Shown here in pieces: positions 1-11,746 of a DNA stretch of 53,450 nt (positions within the stretch are counted from its first letter, which is position 1; each line of letters starts with the position of its first letter). The stretch is from assembly GCA_013115125.1 (NCBI GenBank), contig JABANN010000201.1, positions 1-53,450 of the forward strand, in the 5' to 3' direction. Source of the DNA: Perkinsus olseni. Taxonomy: Eukaryota. A program made the position numbers and the translations under genes. The notes below the pieces were generated by a model. The model had not been told where the DNA came from and made no database searches. It was given only the letters and a program-made list of their open reading frames with translations.

Positions 1-2052
1 TATGTGAATATCTACGCATTACTGCTATCCCGATTGCCTCTCTCTCCCAATCTCCTGTGCACAGGCGGCTTCACGTGTACATGCGAATGAGTGTACGCCC
101 AATTTCGAATAAGATGACCAAGATCAACGGACCGCTCACAAACGTCGACGTTCATCCATTGAGCGTGGACAGATCTTTGCGACGGAACTTAACGAGACCC
201 AGGAGACCGTTCGTTGATTCCCGGCTCGTGCACCATCCAACAAGGGGTCCCAGGGCCAGTCTCTACGCCCATTCTAACCCAAGGATCTGCGATCCATGGT
301 AGCCTTTTACTAAACTTGCTTACCGGAGTGTAATTCGTGCTTAGCCAGGTTCTCAGCAAATGCAATGAAATAACTGTGATGAAAAAAGCCAGCTGTGCCA
401 CGGTCGCGACGAAGTAAGCCTGAAGCTCAATTCTCGCATGTCGGCCGATGAAGCCAGGGCGATGATGGTTCGTACCATTCCTCGACTCACCCTTCCAGTG
501 AAGAGCAATCGCCCCCAAGAAAGAGTGAAAAAAGCGTTGAAAATAAAGAAGAGTGACTGTGCGGCGACTGTGGTTCGAATGCCGAGAATGGGAGCGACCA
601 GGTACCGGCTGAAACTACCAAATACGTAGGCTATAACCTGAGAAGAGGAGGCCAGTTCTGCTAGCGATTCAAGCGGATCATGAATAAATACATAGATTGG
701 GGAGTGTGCACCATAGCAAGGCAATCAGAAAAGGCCTCACCATGCCGTTTGTTATACAGCTCGGAACAATTCTCAACATGTCTCTCTGTTTGATTCCGAA
801 CGAAAGGCAGCTGGTCGGGGATGTCACCGGACGAGGAGCACCTGAGGCCTCGATCGGGCAAGTGTGAGACGATTGATGGATGATTCGACTGTGTCTGTTC
901 AGCGAGTTTCTGCATCGGCGAGACGCAACGTGCGATCTCTTCAACGCGTGCGTCACCGCAATATTCGGTGTTGGGCATACAAGAAGCCCAACGATAAGCA
1001 ACAATAGGGCTGGGCCGAGAATCGAACTCGGGACCACTCGCGCCCAAAGCGAGAATCATACCACTAGACCACACAGCCACACGAGCCAAACATACCTGGA
1101 ATGATGTCGCTGCTTGGGACCGGAGGAACCATCAGAAATATAAAGCTGCTTGACAAAGGCAACATAGCCATCGCCCAAAACAGGGGAACTCGCCACCTGC
1201 CGAGACATTGAACACCAGAAGCAGAGTCGAACTTACTCGGCGTCAGGCCCTGTCTTCAAAGCAACAACCGCCATTGGGACCAGAAGCAATCCCTGCAATT
1301 GCAGCTCACTGAAGAATATGCAACTGAACCTGCACCGGATCAACAGTAAATCATTGAGCCTGCGAGGTCCGATGGACTTCGTTGTTGTCCGCTCGAGCCT
1401 CTTCTGAAAGTCCTTCACAGCCGTGCAATCCCGCGGGATAATGCCTGCCTTTTTCACCCGAGTCAAATCTCTGGAGTGGAAGTACCTAATTGACCTCATG
1501 CGAGATGTACGGGCTGGACTCGACCGTACGCGCATCTTCCAACTATCTCCTGCGACGTGATAAAGACCAGTGGCGCCCCCAGTCCGACTAGTGCGTTGCC
1601 CATGAGAAAGAGGGAGACACTTGACCTATACAGCTTCGTCCCAGCAGCTTCTTCAACTCCTAGGATATTCACATACCTACAGAACGTTTCTTGATGCCGG
1701 CTATCCCCGAAGTGACACGTAATTTTGTGCTCGATCGTCGCACGGCGGCGCATCGCCGACATATCCGTTGCGAACGACACGCCGCTGAGCCATACAAATG
1801 GTACGCTGCAACCCAGTTCGGCAAGCCACCTCCTCTCAGTGACAAGTGCCGATCCCGCGAAGCATGTATCATGCGCCCACGACTCGTGGGCCACGAGCTC
1901 GGGAAGCCATGACGCGTGGCCTCCAACGGACTCACAGAAAGAAAGTATACGCCAAGGAGCCGATGGCGGCTAAAAACTTCAGCTGGGTATGTGTCTCGAA
2001 CCATCGAATCAGAGGCGGCATCAAAAAGCAGCTCACAGTGAAAAGCAGATAC
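1..2052 (-). CDS. UNC-93-like MFS membrane protein, multi-exon, partial (5' exons unresolved; probably runs off the left edge)
   Basis: Hydrophobic exons joined at GT-AG sites: YLLFTVSCFLMPPLIRWF...LAAIGSLAYTFF; SLFLMGNALVGLGAPLVFITSQE; WRVPLFWAMAMLPLSSSFIFLMV; MLRIVPSCITNGM|VIAYVFGSFSRYLVAPILGIRTTVAAQSLFFIFNAFFTLSWGRL. The order and pattern resemble UNC-93 family helices (recognised by eye). Confidence 0.6.
1007..1078 (-). tRNA. tRNA-Pro (TGG), intronic
   Basis: Reverse complement GGCTGTG TGGTCTAGTGGTATGATT CTCGC TT TGG GC GCGAG TGGTC CCGAG TTCGATT CTCGG CCCAGCC C gives a 72-nt cloverleaf with A and B boxes. Confidence 0.95.
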
Positions 2053-3960
2053 CTGACGAGGAAGATGAATGGAAAGACGCGTTTTTCACGGGACTCCGCA
2101 TAATCGACAAGGCCGCCCAAATAATTTGGGGAAAATTAGGGCCAAATTTTCCCCTAATTCGAACACCTCGATAGACAGAATAACGTTGGCCACAGAATGA
2201 AGAGAAGAGCTGAGGTTATCATCTCAACCCTCTTCTCCGAAAGCTTCAACATTCTGGAGAGCTACATTTCCCTTGAAAAGTTTCGAGTGCATGGGCAAAT
2301 CGACGGTAAACCATGGTCGGACCGCCTACAAGATAACGTTGCCAAGAATTCCGATTGTTCCGCTGAGACCGCTGGTTAAAGTGGAGGCGGACTTATACCC
2401 GCCTTGAAGAACGGATATCGCCAGCCCCGTGAAACTCCTGAAGAGATATCCGAATCGATCGAGCGATCGATCTCATCCATACACTCGTACACAACGGTTC
2501 GCCAGTAGCTGGCATCCTTGTACTGCGAAATCGCTACAGAGGGTTCGCTCCGTACCCTGCTCACTTCAGCTCTGTGACAGATCACGCTCTGAAACAGTAA
2601 GACTGCGAGTGGAACATCCCACGTGACAAGTTGTCGAATGCTAGAGATTTTTCAGCCAACGAATTTTGCACGTCAAAATCTATCCTGGGACACATTTTCA
2701 GACTTGAGCGACTTTTCCTGGGTCTCAAAATCGGTTCACTGAACATCTCATTTGAGCATGAATAATTTTCAGTCTATTTATTGGCGTTGCGCGAACGTGC
2801 TCTCTTGCAAATTCTAGGATAACTCTAACGTTCTAAACCCCTACCCCTGCACCTTCCCGCGATGAACTAGATCCTCGCCGCCGCCCCGTGCCTGAAAAAA
2901 ATCGTCAAATGGGAAAATTGGTCTCTGAACTCACGGAAATCAGAGTAGCGTCTCCGACACTTCAGAGGCGTTGGAGTTTCTTTCCAGCGCGAGTCCGAAT
3001 TTATCTGCGGTATCAGCGACGCACTCCTTGGTACGTCGAGATCTACCATTTTAGATACAAACTTTTTACCTGATAGGTTCCAGCGGTGTAGCCCTGCCCA
3101 GTGACACAAAAAAATGAACGGTTGCTCAGTCGAAACCGATTCCGCAGACACCAAGGTTACATCCCTGACGGGTGCTCGTCATTCACGACTCGTCATGGGT
3201 GCGACATAATTCCGACTATGGACACCTCTGCAATCACCGTTCTTTGGAGACCGGTGGAAAATAATTTTTCCCCTGAAATAAGCTAAGGAATGTTCGTCAC
3301 GACGGAGCCGCGACATCGACCATGCGACCACAATGCAACAGCAATGCCTCAGACGATGTGCTTGCCTCCAGCTACTCTATTTTCCTGTTCGCCACCTGTG
3401 AACCTCTACAGAGCTGCTCAGTAATCTAAATTCTATGCCAAAACACAACGCCGGGTCGCGAGAAAAAATCTTAGAGAGTTCACGTCTGTGTTGCAATAAT
3501 GATCAGCGCTCAACACTGGCATCATACTGTACAGTAAATGGACATCATGTAACAGGCCAAGCGAATAGCCAATCAAGGAGCCACTATACCATCTCAAATC
3601 TTGCAATGCTTCCCGACTTGCTTTTCCTCAACGCCGGCTCTCGGTCACCTATTCTTTGAGCCCAGATATCTCCCCTCCGGGGCTCGCAATAGTGTCAGTT
3701 TCCGATGCGCCCGATGGGGCCTCGTCCGGAGACTCTGAAGAGAGCAGTGTCCTTCTGACCAACTTACGATACGCGCAAAAGCTGGTATTCATTGCAGTTC
3801 ACTGACGCATGGCCGAGAAGCGGCTTCGGGTGAGACCGCGAACTTCGCGGCCCGAATGACCCAATCTCCTTGATACGTGCTGGTTGAGCCAACATTGCTA
3901 AGTCGCGTTATCATCAAGAGTTCAAGACCGTGGAACTAAACGGAAGTGCCCAATTTCTGG

Positions 3961-6382
3961 TTACACATCGGCGCTAACCGAGGGGGAAAAGAGCGTTGCG
4001 GTCGTTGGTATACCTGAGTAATTGTTGCCTGCACCTGAGATCTCACCCAATCGATCAAGTGATCGATTATCCATCGATAGCCCGATCTTCTCAGACTGCA
4101 GCTCGATGTCACGCTTCGGAGTATCTCCCTCTGCGCCTAACGCACGTAGTCGATACCGGCGGACAGCCAATACTGCCACGGTAATGACGCAAAGACACGC
4201 TGTGAGAATCCGCAACGTCGCGTGCAGCATGAAAATGCTTGAGGCTACTAGGATGAAGATAACTGCCCGGCGGAAGGACGTGGCACCTGAGAACTTGAGC
4301 ATAGCCGGTTTCGACGTCGGTCGATGCGTGGGGGCCGCTCAAGGAGAAGAGTGTAGGGAATGTCCCGAAACACTCGCTAAACCTAACCGTCGTTCATCCC
4401 AAGACTGTCGCTTCGGGATGTGATCTCGCATATTCAGGAAATATGTTCGCGAGACGACCCGGAGGGTGAGGGAAACGATCTTACTTATTTTATGCGCCAG
4501 GCAATTTCCGGCGAGAACGCCGCATATCGATCCCACGACGATCGAGCCAACGACCGCGATGTCGACGTTTCTCAGCAGCCCGCTGGTCAGCATCGTAGGG
4601 AGACGGCCAACATTATTGACTGAAAACCGGGAGACCCTAGGATTGAACCCGAGACTTTCTGACACATATTTCTGACTCAGCTGCTGTAATGAGGATCCGT
4701 CCACCTGTAAATATCAGAGCGCTAGTTCCACGCCATATCAGTGCATCGGGCTCGGCGAGCAGAACCCAAACCATCATAGGCGGTCCGCCGATACCTGAGC
4801 AAAGACTGAGAAAAGTTAGAAATGCGTATACTTTGCGGTTGATATTCCGGCGTCATTGCCTCTTCAGACCTTCTACCAGTTTTCATTCTTCACTGTTACC
4901 AGTTCCACGAGTTCCCGTTGTGGTCGTAACATGCCAACGATGAATTTCCAGCAGTGCGCTATTTCGCGGAATCCCAGAGGGAGGCTCATAGCACCTACAT
5001 CGCCGGTCCGAACGGACGTTAGTCCCGAATTTTGCGAAATTTCCGAAAATTTCACCAGTCCTCTTCGGAATAATGCGCCGAAATGAGTCACCTCGGTAAA
5101 GCTTCATTGCCAACCCTGCATACGGACGGTGAGTCACACTAGCGCGTCGAACTGGGTTTAAAAATTTCCGTTACAATCTAGCCGAATACACAAGCCGGGA
5201 AAACAATTCCCCACAATTTTTGCAGTTCACACTGTTTTTCGGTCCACCGGCGGTACGCATCCTCCCTTCGGCAAGTATATATCGTGAACCGCACGATCTT
5301 ACCGACGCACTTGGAATTCACTCTACAGAGCCGCCTGCGATACGCGATGAACCGAAAAGGCAATACCCCAACACATTTGCACGTGCGAGTCTTCCGTCAC
5401 AAAGCCATATTTTCTGACCAAGGGCCCATCTCACTGAAGAGTCCAACCATTGCGCCAGTTGCAGCCCCTGCTGCAGAAGCGCCGAGAAGTTTCTTCTTCG
5501 ATAGAACAGCCTCAGGACCTTCGCCACATGACGCGGGGAGTTCTGAAGAAGCGACATATGAGCATGTGAGGCGTTCAGGGATCACGGGGGGGGGTGTTCA
5601 ACAGACCTCCCCTGACTTTGAGGAGCACTGCCAGGAATGAATTTAACGTGTGAAAGACGGTCCTGGGAGCCCTCTTGGACCTCAGGAGAGGTCTGTAGAA
5701 CACCCGAACGGGCACCGTTCAACGGTGCATGAGACGGCTGCTGCATGCAACATAACGAATACATGGGATAAATCTTGCAATCTCGCATTTCCTCAACTCA
5801 CTCCAGAACTCATTTATTAGCTGCCATATTCCTACAAGGAAGAGTAGAACGCCCAAGACGGCTTTCAGAATATCAGCCTCGTTCGACCACTTCCGTAGGA
5901 GCATCGTGAAAACGATCGTTGTTGGGAAGCCTGAAAAGATTATGTCGCGCCCGCCACGAAACTACCCAGGCACATCACACGTGATGAGAACAGCGCAAAA
6001 CAATTTCACATTAGCCGACCTCCACAAAACAAGGAGTTGTGCCAGCGCCATGGCAGGACTTAGTATCTGAGGTTGAAGCATGGAGGATACGAAGAAGGTT
6101 TCCTGAACTTACTGAAAGGTGTATAGTTGCAGTAACCACAGAACCGTCGCACCATTGCGGGAATATCTCACCGAGGAGGTTCCTGAAAGCCTTCCAATTC
6201 TCTTGTTACACGAACTCAGCGTTTGTTTGAGTTTCACAACGAGCCACCTCTCCCCGCAGCGAGCAAACCTACCATATAATATGATACAAAATGGCGTTCC
6301 CGAATCCACTTATCGCGTAAATGATACACGAGCAAAGTGAATTGAGGAAGATGAGCAAGATGCCTGTTAACGGCATGGTCAT
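3961..6382 (-). CDS. TauE/SafE (TSUP, sulfite-exporter-like) membrane protein, paralog A, multi-exon
   Basis: Exons MTMPLTGILLIFLNSLCSCIIYAISGFGNAILYHIIW; FPQWCDGSVVTATIHLS; ILKAVLGVLLFLVGIWQ; LLGASAAGAATGAMVGLF; GIGGPPMMVWVLL; GSICGVLAGNCLAHKIS; FRRAVIFILVASSIFML. The GFG and GIGGPP motifs are typical of TSUP half-repeats. An alternative last exon could extend the gene to ~3649. Confidence 0.75.
5592..5705. mobile_element. Hairpin MITE-like element, copy 1 (intron of TSUP paralog A)
   Basis: Left end GGGTGTTCAACAGACCTCCCCTGA; right end TCAGGAGAGGTCTGTAGAACACCC (22/24 inverted match). The interior is also imperfectly palindromic. A related copy sits at ~24505. Confidence 0.75.
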
Positions 6383-6589
6383 TCGAAAGAAGTACTGATG
6401 AGGAAAAATACCGCACGGAGACGTGCGAATTCAATTGATGCATTCATCGGCCCTGAGGGAGCATTTTATCACGGTAACAATACGTTTGAGCGAAATCCTC
6501 AACAACCCACTTGACGACAGCCCATTTACCCAACGCAATCCAACAGAATTTCGAAGGAACCAAGGAACTAAATTTACATCACGGAGAAA

Positions 6590-6659
6590 CTCAGTGGCCA
6601 GGATTCGAACCCGGGAGGAATGATCGCGCAAGCGAGGATAGCTAGTGAAACCCACTGAG
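6590..6659 (-). ncRNA. tRNA-like element (acceptor-like stem plus T-arm/B box, no canonical D or anticodon arm)
   Basis: Minus strand CTCAGTGG...CCGGG TTCGAAT CCTGG CCACTGAG: an 8-bp terminal stem abutting a canonical T-arm. TAGCTCAGTGG (A-box-like) overlaps the upstream stop codon. Confidence 0.55.
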
Positions 6660-9021
6660 CTAGGGCAGTAGCGGCTTATGTACCTCTGCACCTGAGAAAC
6701 CTCTTATATAAACCACAGCGGAATTCATCCAGGTCACATCCGATAACCTCACCGAGATCATCCATGTCACAGACTTACCATGATTTCTGTGCTCCTTGTA
6801 CTTATACCAGCACAGCTTGACAACAAGGAGCAGAGCCGCCGCACAAATGAGAGGAATCAGTATGTACATAGGTGTCATCATGAACGACGATACCACGAGG
6901 AACACGTCAATTGAAGCACGGAAGACAGCAACACCTGCACGATACAGCTCAACTATTGAGTTTCGAGAAAAACTATTAAAACAGTTCTGAGTCGCCAATA
7001 AGTCTTGCTATGACCACACAGTTTAAAACGCCAGAAGCGAAAAATTCCGATCTTATCCCATGGGATACGATACGATCCGCAACTGAGGGAGATTAATATT
7101 AGCTGTCCCATTGACGTCATTCCACCAGAAGGACTACGGATGAAGACAGAATACAGCGAGGATCCAGCGTAGCAGCCGAATGAGTCCTTGCAGACATGAA
7201 TACAGTGGACGGGAATTGAACCACCTCCCTCCCGCTTACTAACATAACGGCTCAGCCAATTGCCCAGTACAAGCCCGCAGACTGCACCGATATTGAGCAC
7301 AAGTATTGCCCATAGATCGATATTATTCAGCAAGGAACCCGTCAACAGTACGGGGAGGCGAGTGAAAACGTGAACAACTGAACAGCAAGACAGGAAGGTA
7401 ATTTCGCGCGCCACAAAACTCCAGCAATTCTGGGATCTCACCAACATTCATGGTTGCAGACGTACTCCTCCAACATAGTGGATCAGGGTTGGTCAGAAGA
7501 ACGAAGATCATGTTAGGTGGGCCGCCGATACCTGGTATCCAAGGTTGACGTTGGCAAGATTCAGCATAGGTCAAGTTGGCCTGGCTCACTGAATAGCCCA
7601 TTCATCGCCCCGCTTGCACAGCCAACAGCCAATGCACCGAGCTTCAATTTCATAGGCCCCTTGGGCGACAAGTCAAGGTCTCGAGGGACATCGTCAGACG
7701 GACCTGAGATCCAAAAATACCGTCGCGCGCCACAAAATTACAGTCATTACTTCCATTTTTCGTCTTCACGTAACGTCTTATTTCGTTGAACGTTTGCCAT
7801 AAGGCCAAGGCGCTCAATATGGTGCCCAGAACGCTCCGAAGAACCGGAACCTGTGGCGTTGGGAGAATGCGAGATGAGCAAGTGTGCCTAAGAGGCCCAC
7901 CTCGCTCTGCAGACGGTCCAATAACATAGTGCAAGGGGCAGCCGCGGCAGCCGCTGAGAGGGGAGCGCATGCGCACTAGCTTAGACAAAGTTTCGAATCG
8001 GAAATGTCATTCCAACCTCACGTGCGCCTACCTGCAATGGAAAGATATGCTGCGAGCCAATAATTGGCTGTCCGCCACAGCTTGAGGAATTGAATTAGTG
8101 ACATCAACGGGGCGTGTAACTACAGAGAGCGATAGCGCTTGACTTCCCGCGAAGGATGCATCCACGTCTTATCATATGCCTTCGTTCGATAATGACCACC
8201 TTTCTACTCCCGATTTATTACAGCAACATGCACTGCACCAGTGACAACTGAGCCGTCACAGTAGTAGGGTGTAATCAAGCCCATCACATACCTGACAGAA
8301 TGACAAACTGCTTGACTTGCCGAATGCTCATGCTATGGTGGTAGGAGTTGGTACGGTATATTCGAACAATACCACTCCATTCACGAATATCCTACTACTC
8401 TCGAACCCCGTCAATCGAAACTGCATCAACCTGGGCTCCCCTACCCGGAGCGTGTAGAAAGGACGCTGAATTTACTGACTGCCATGCACTACAACATGGA
8501 TTGCAAAGCGTATCGAACACACGAAGTCGCCCACCGAAACAACAGAAAATTTCTCCTCTTGCCCGGATCAGGAGAGATACTAATGCAGAGCTCGATGAGA
8601 ATGCCGGCAAAGAGAAATATACCTCCTGCAGCGTGATGAGCTCATTCTGAGTCAATTTAGCATCGCCCTTCAAGCGCTGCCCTAGCCATAAGCCGTGAGT
8701 GACGTTCCCAAGCATTGTGCTTTGCCTAGTCTGCCGCGAGGACCAGCTTTCTAATCCCGCTGATTTACAATCGAATAATCGGAACACTTTATTCGAAAAA
8801 ATGTGCAGTACCCTGCCCCATGTGTCGGTTCAATCTCAATCAAGGAGAGAATGGTAACATTCGAAGCCAGCGTCAGTTTCCGGCTCTCTTCAGTATTACC
8901 ATATGATCTGGTACGATATCGCATTTCCGAATCCAGAAATTGCGAAAAGGGACGTCGACACCGTCGCGTTGAGGAACATTATCACCAACGTAGGTATCGG
9001 CGTCGCGAGTGCAGTTATCAT
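6660..9021 (-). CDS. TauE/SafE (TSUP)-like membrane protein, paralog B, multi-exon
   Basis: Exons MITALATPIPTLVIMFLNATVSTSLFAISGFGNAISYQIIW; ITPYYCDGSVVTGAVHVA; VLRSVLGTILSALALWQ; GIGGPPNMIFVLLTNPDPLCWRSTS; GAVCGLVLGNWLSRYVS; FRASIDVFLVVSSFMM...GAEVHKPLLP*. Colinear with paralog A, with shared intron positions. Confidence 0.75.
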
Positions 9022-9261
9022 GAGGAAAGAAGGCAACCTGTAGTGACCGACAAGGAACAACCAGCGCAAAGTCAGTGTATTCCACTGATAATAGTGCGAT
9101 CATGCCCGCTGTGAAGGAGCCCAGAACTGAGAGTATGACCACCCACGCGAAGGTCGAGTCGCTGCTCAGACACCACTCACTACTTCGTCGCCGTTTGCCG
9201 TATTCCAACTGTGACTCGACATGTTTGTACTGTACAACACATCATCACCACATCAACACCA

Positions 9262-10464
9262 TCAAACATTCTCGAGCAGAGCCATGGAATGGTCTTGATA
9301 ATTGACATGAACACTGTACGCTCTGAAGAAAGGCGTCCCTAGAATGCTAGGGTACTCCCGAGTAGAAGCGTTCGCGTACATCACAAGAGGCCTCAACTCT
9401 CCAGTCTCTGGATAACGCACACAGTAATGCTCCGGAGGTATCTTAGCCAGGAAAGAATAAGGCGCGTCACCAAATCGGAGCCCAAGGACCGGCAAATAGT
9501 CAAAAGCTTCCTCTTTGACGAAAAGCACACCTTTCTCATCACGTCTTAACAGATTAGCAATCTCTTCACTATAACTGCCGTTTTTCAACGCGATTTCGAC
9601 CTTCTTCCCGATGTCTTCGACCGAGTGTAGGGAAGGCAGACTTGTGACCAAATTTCCCGTGTCCAACAAAGCCAGAAATGACCCGGGATGCTCGTTGAAA
9701 GTCCTTTCTTTCGTCAAGAGATTCCCTTTCCTATCGAATAGCTTCACCGATGATACCCACGCAGTATTCAAAGACCGATGTGGCAAGGGCGCGTGGAAAA
9801 TTTGCACAAGATCGAGCTTCACCGCGGCAGCTCCAGCAAGCGTTTCACCAAGCGTTAGCTGACCCGAAACTTCATCGGCGGTTTGAGTGGTATTTGTCCG
9901 AAGAGTGAACGAGAGGTGACCAATTAGATTGTGATTCAGAAGTGAATCAACGACACTTTGATCAGGACCCCAGTAGAAATAATTCGAGCTCGGAGGCACC
10001 CTGGACAGCTCGAAAAACCCGTGAGGTTCCGACGAACCTCGCCAGCGAGTCACTCTGGAGACCCTGAAAGGGTAACTAGTAGCCTCCTGTCCATCCAAAA
10101 CCAGCAAGCCCGAGCGTATGATACTTTTGATGGACGAGCCGACCCCGAAACTGGTAGGAAACCACTCTTCTCGTTCGAAGTCACAAGGGTGCTCTTTCGG
10201 ACAGAAGTAGCATCCGGCGTGGCGCCTCGTGCAAGCACCTTTGCCGTACTTCTGTTCATACCAATCGCCATCCATCACAGAAAGCCCGGGATAACCGGAG
10301 TCCAGGAAGAGATCAATTTCTTGGCCATCAATCTTCACCGTAACGAAACCTTCGTGTACAGGCAGTGTTAGTGTCTTGGCCAGGGCATCCGGTTCCAGCA
10401 CTGGGCCTCCATAGCAAATCTTGATCGCAACTTCAAGCAGCACCGCAGCGAAAGACTTTATCAT
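9262..10464 (-). CDS. Secreted pepsin-like (A1) aspartyl protease, intronless, 400 aa
   Basis: Signal-peptide-like N-terminus; VKIDGQEIDLFLDSGY and ALLDTGN catalytic motifs; C-terminal ILGTPFFRAYSVHVNY motif. Confidence 0.9.
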   Translation of the reverse strand: MIKSFAAVLLEVAIKICYGGPVLEPDALAKTLTLPVHEGFVTVKIDGQEIDLFLDSGYPGLSVMDGDWYEQKYGKGACTRRHAGCYFCPKEHPCDFEREEWFPTSFGVGSSIKSIIRSGLLVLDGQEATSYPFRVSRVTRWRGSSEPHGFFELSRVPPSSNYFYWGPDQSVVDSLLNHNLIGHLSFTLRTNTTQTADEVSGQLTLGETLAGAAAVKLDLVQIFHAPLPHRSLNTAWVSSVKLFDRKGNLLTKERTFNEHPGSFLALLDTGNLVTSLPSLHSVEDIGKKVEIALKNGSYSEEIANLLRRDEKGVLFVKEEAFDYLPVLGLRFGDAPYSFLAKIPPEHYCVRYPETGELRPLVMYANASTREYPSILGTPFFRAYSVHVNYQDHSMALLENV

Positions 10465-11746
10465 TGCACAGGGGAAAAGTGCGAGGGATGAAAACTACGA
10501 GATTTACCGCTCAAATCCACTGGCGCTTCCAGGTTATATCAACAGATCTTCCCTCGCGTTGCCGTATCCTGCGGACCCCATCGAAGTCTTGATCGTGTTG
10601 GCGACCGACAAGGGCACTAAACGTCGGATACCGCGCGCGTGAGGTATGCAATCTCGTCTATATATGCGTCGGAAACGCCTATCATCGTCGTGTTCCGACC
10701 GATAGTACCATATCGGCACGGATCGCCTCTACTCCGAAACCTCACCACAACAGATAATTGGCAAATGCATTTTCATTCCAGTCACTGATCCGGAACAGCT
10801 CCCTCTCGCTTAACGACGGATAACTGTCACTGTCGTGAGAGCTGATTCGGGCTGCGCTTCGGCAACTGAGCTGACAAGATCGATGACTCACCTTTTCAGC
10901 CAAATCATTCCGTTACCCACGCTCAACAAGGCACATGCATCGAAACATCACGGAAATACACCAACAATCCAGGCTAAATCGATCGAATCTTTCAATAGAG
11001 CTAGTCGGAGGCCTATAACCATTAGGCAGTAAAAGGTTCCCAATAACCTCCGTGCCCACGAGAAACGGAATCCATTCCTGGCAGAACCTTAGCCGGGTCG
11101 TCAACATTAATCTGTTAAGATTAATGAGTAAAGATTGAGTTAAGATTAATCAGTTAATCAACATTGGACAATCTAATCCACGACTTCAGGCACCAGCGCC
11201 ATCGGAGTTGAGAGAGTAGAGTATGAGAGAAAACGAAAAATGAACTAAGAGGGTTCAGTTCCGCCGCGTCCATCGAAATCTGAGAGTTCCACACACAGCT
11301 GTGATTTCAGAAGGGCTTCCCATGCACAAGAGATCATTGCGAAGCTGCAGTTCGCGGTATACCTCCTCTAAGGAACACTCTTCTCGGACCATCGTGTCGA
11401 AGAGGTAGTAGCTATCGACAGAAGGCTCGCATGCGAGTAGCATTTAACTCAACATCACTGACGGCGCCCCTATCAGGCTAAGGAGACATATGCTCCGGGA
11501 ATAACCTTTCTAACAGGTTGCCTGACCCCAACCTTTCTCCACTTCCTTTCCACCTTCACTCTCTCTCCCTACGGAATTGGAAAAAACAAAACGCTTCTAT
11601 GGGGCAGACAACAACATCCGAGCATGAACTTCGACATCACACGAGCAAAGCAATCCAAGCCGCCACCGTGAGAAAAATCGTTGTCAAGAAAGCCTATTGC
11701 AAAGTCTTAACTCCGTCCTTAACCTGTGTAACCACCGGCAAAGTTA

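Noticed and set aside
661-1089. 142-aa and 119-aa ORFs over the tRNA-Pro
   Set aside because: Translations of tRNA and intron sequence; only the segment from ~841 to 741 is a real exon.
3884-3903. Possible spliced-leader relic (TAGCAATGTTGGCTCAA on -, versus recalled TAGCCATYTTGGCTCAAG)
   Set aside because: Two mismatches, lacks the terminal G, and not clearly upstream of a start codon (may be intron or UTR); could be chance.
6397-6455. CTGATGAG motifs (also ~33853) as hammerhead ribozyme or snoRNA
   Set aside because: No stem II/GAAA geometry, no terminal stem and no recognisable rRNA guide.
11102-11165. AT-rich TTAAGATTAAT repeats and small palindrome
   Set aside because: Low-complexity sequence with no spacer structure or second copy; not CRISPR-like, and no function can be supported.
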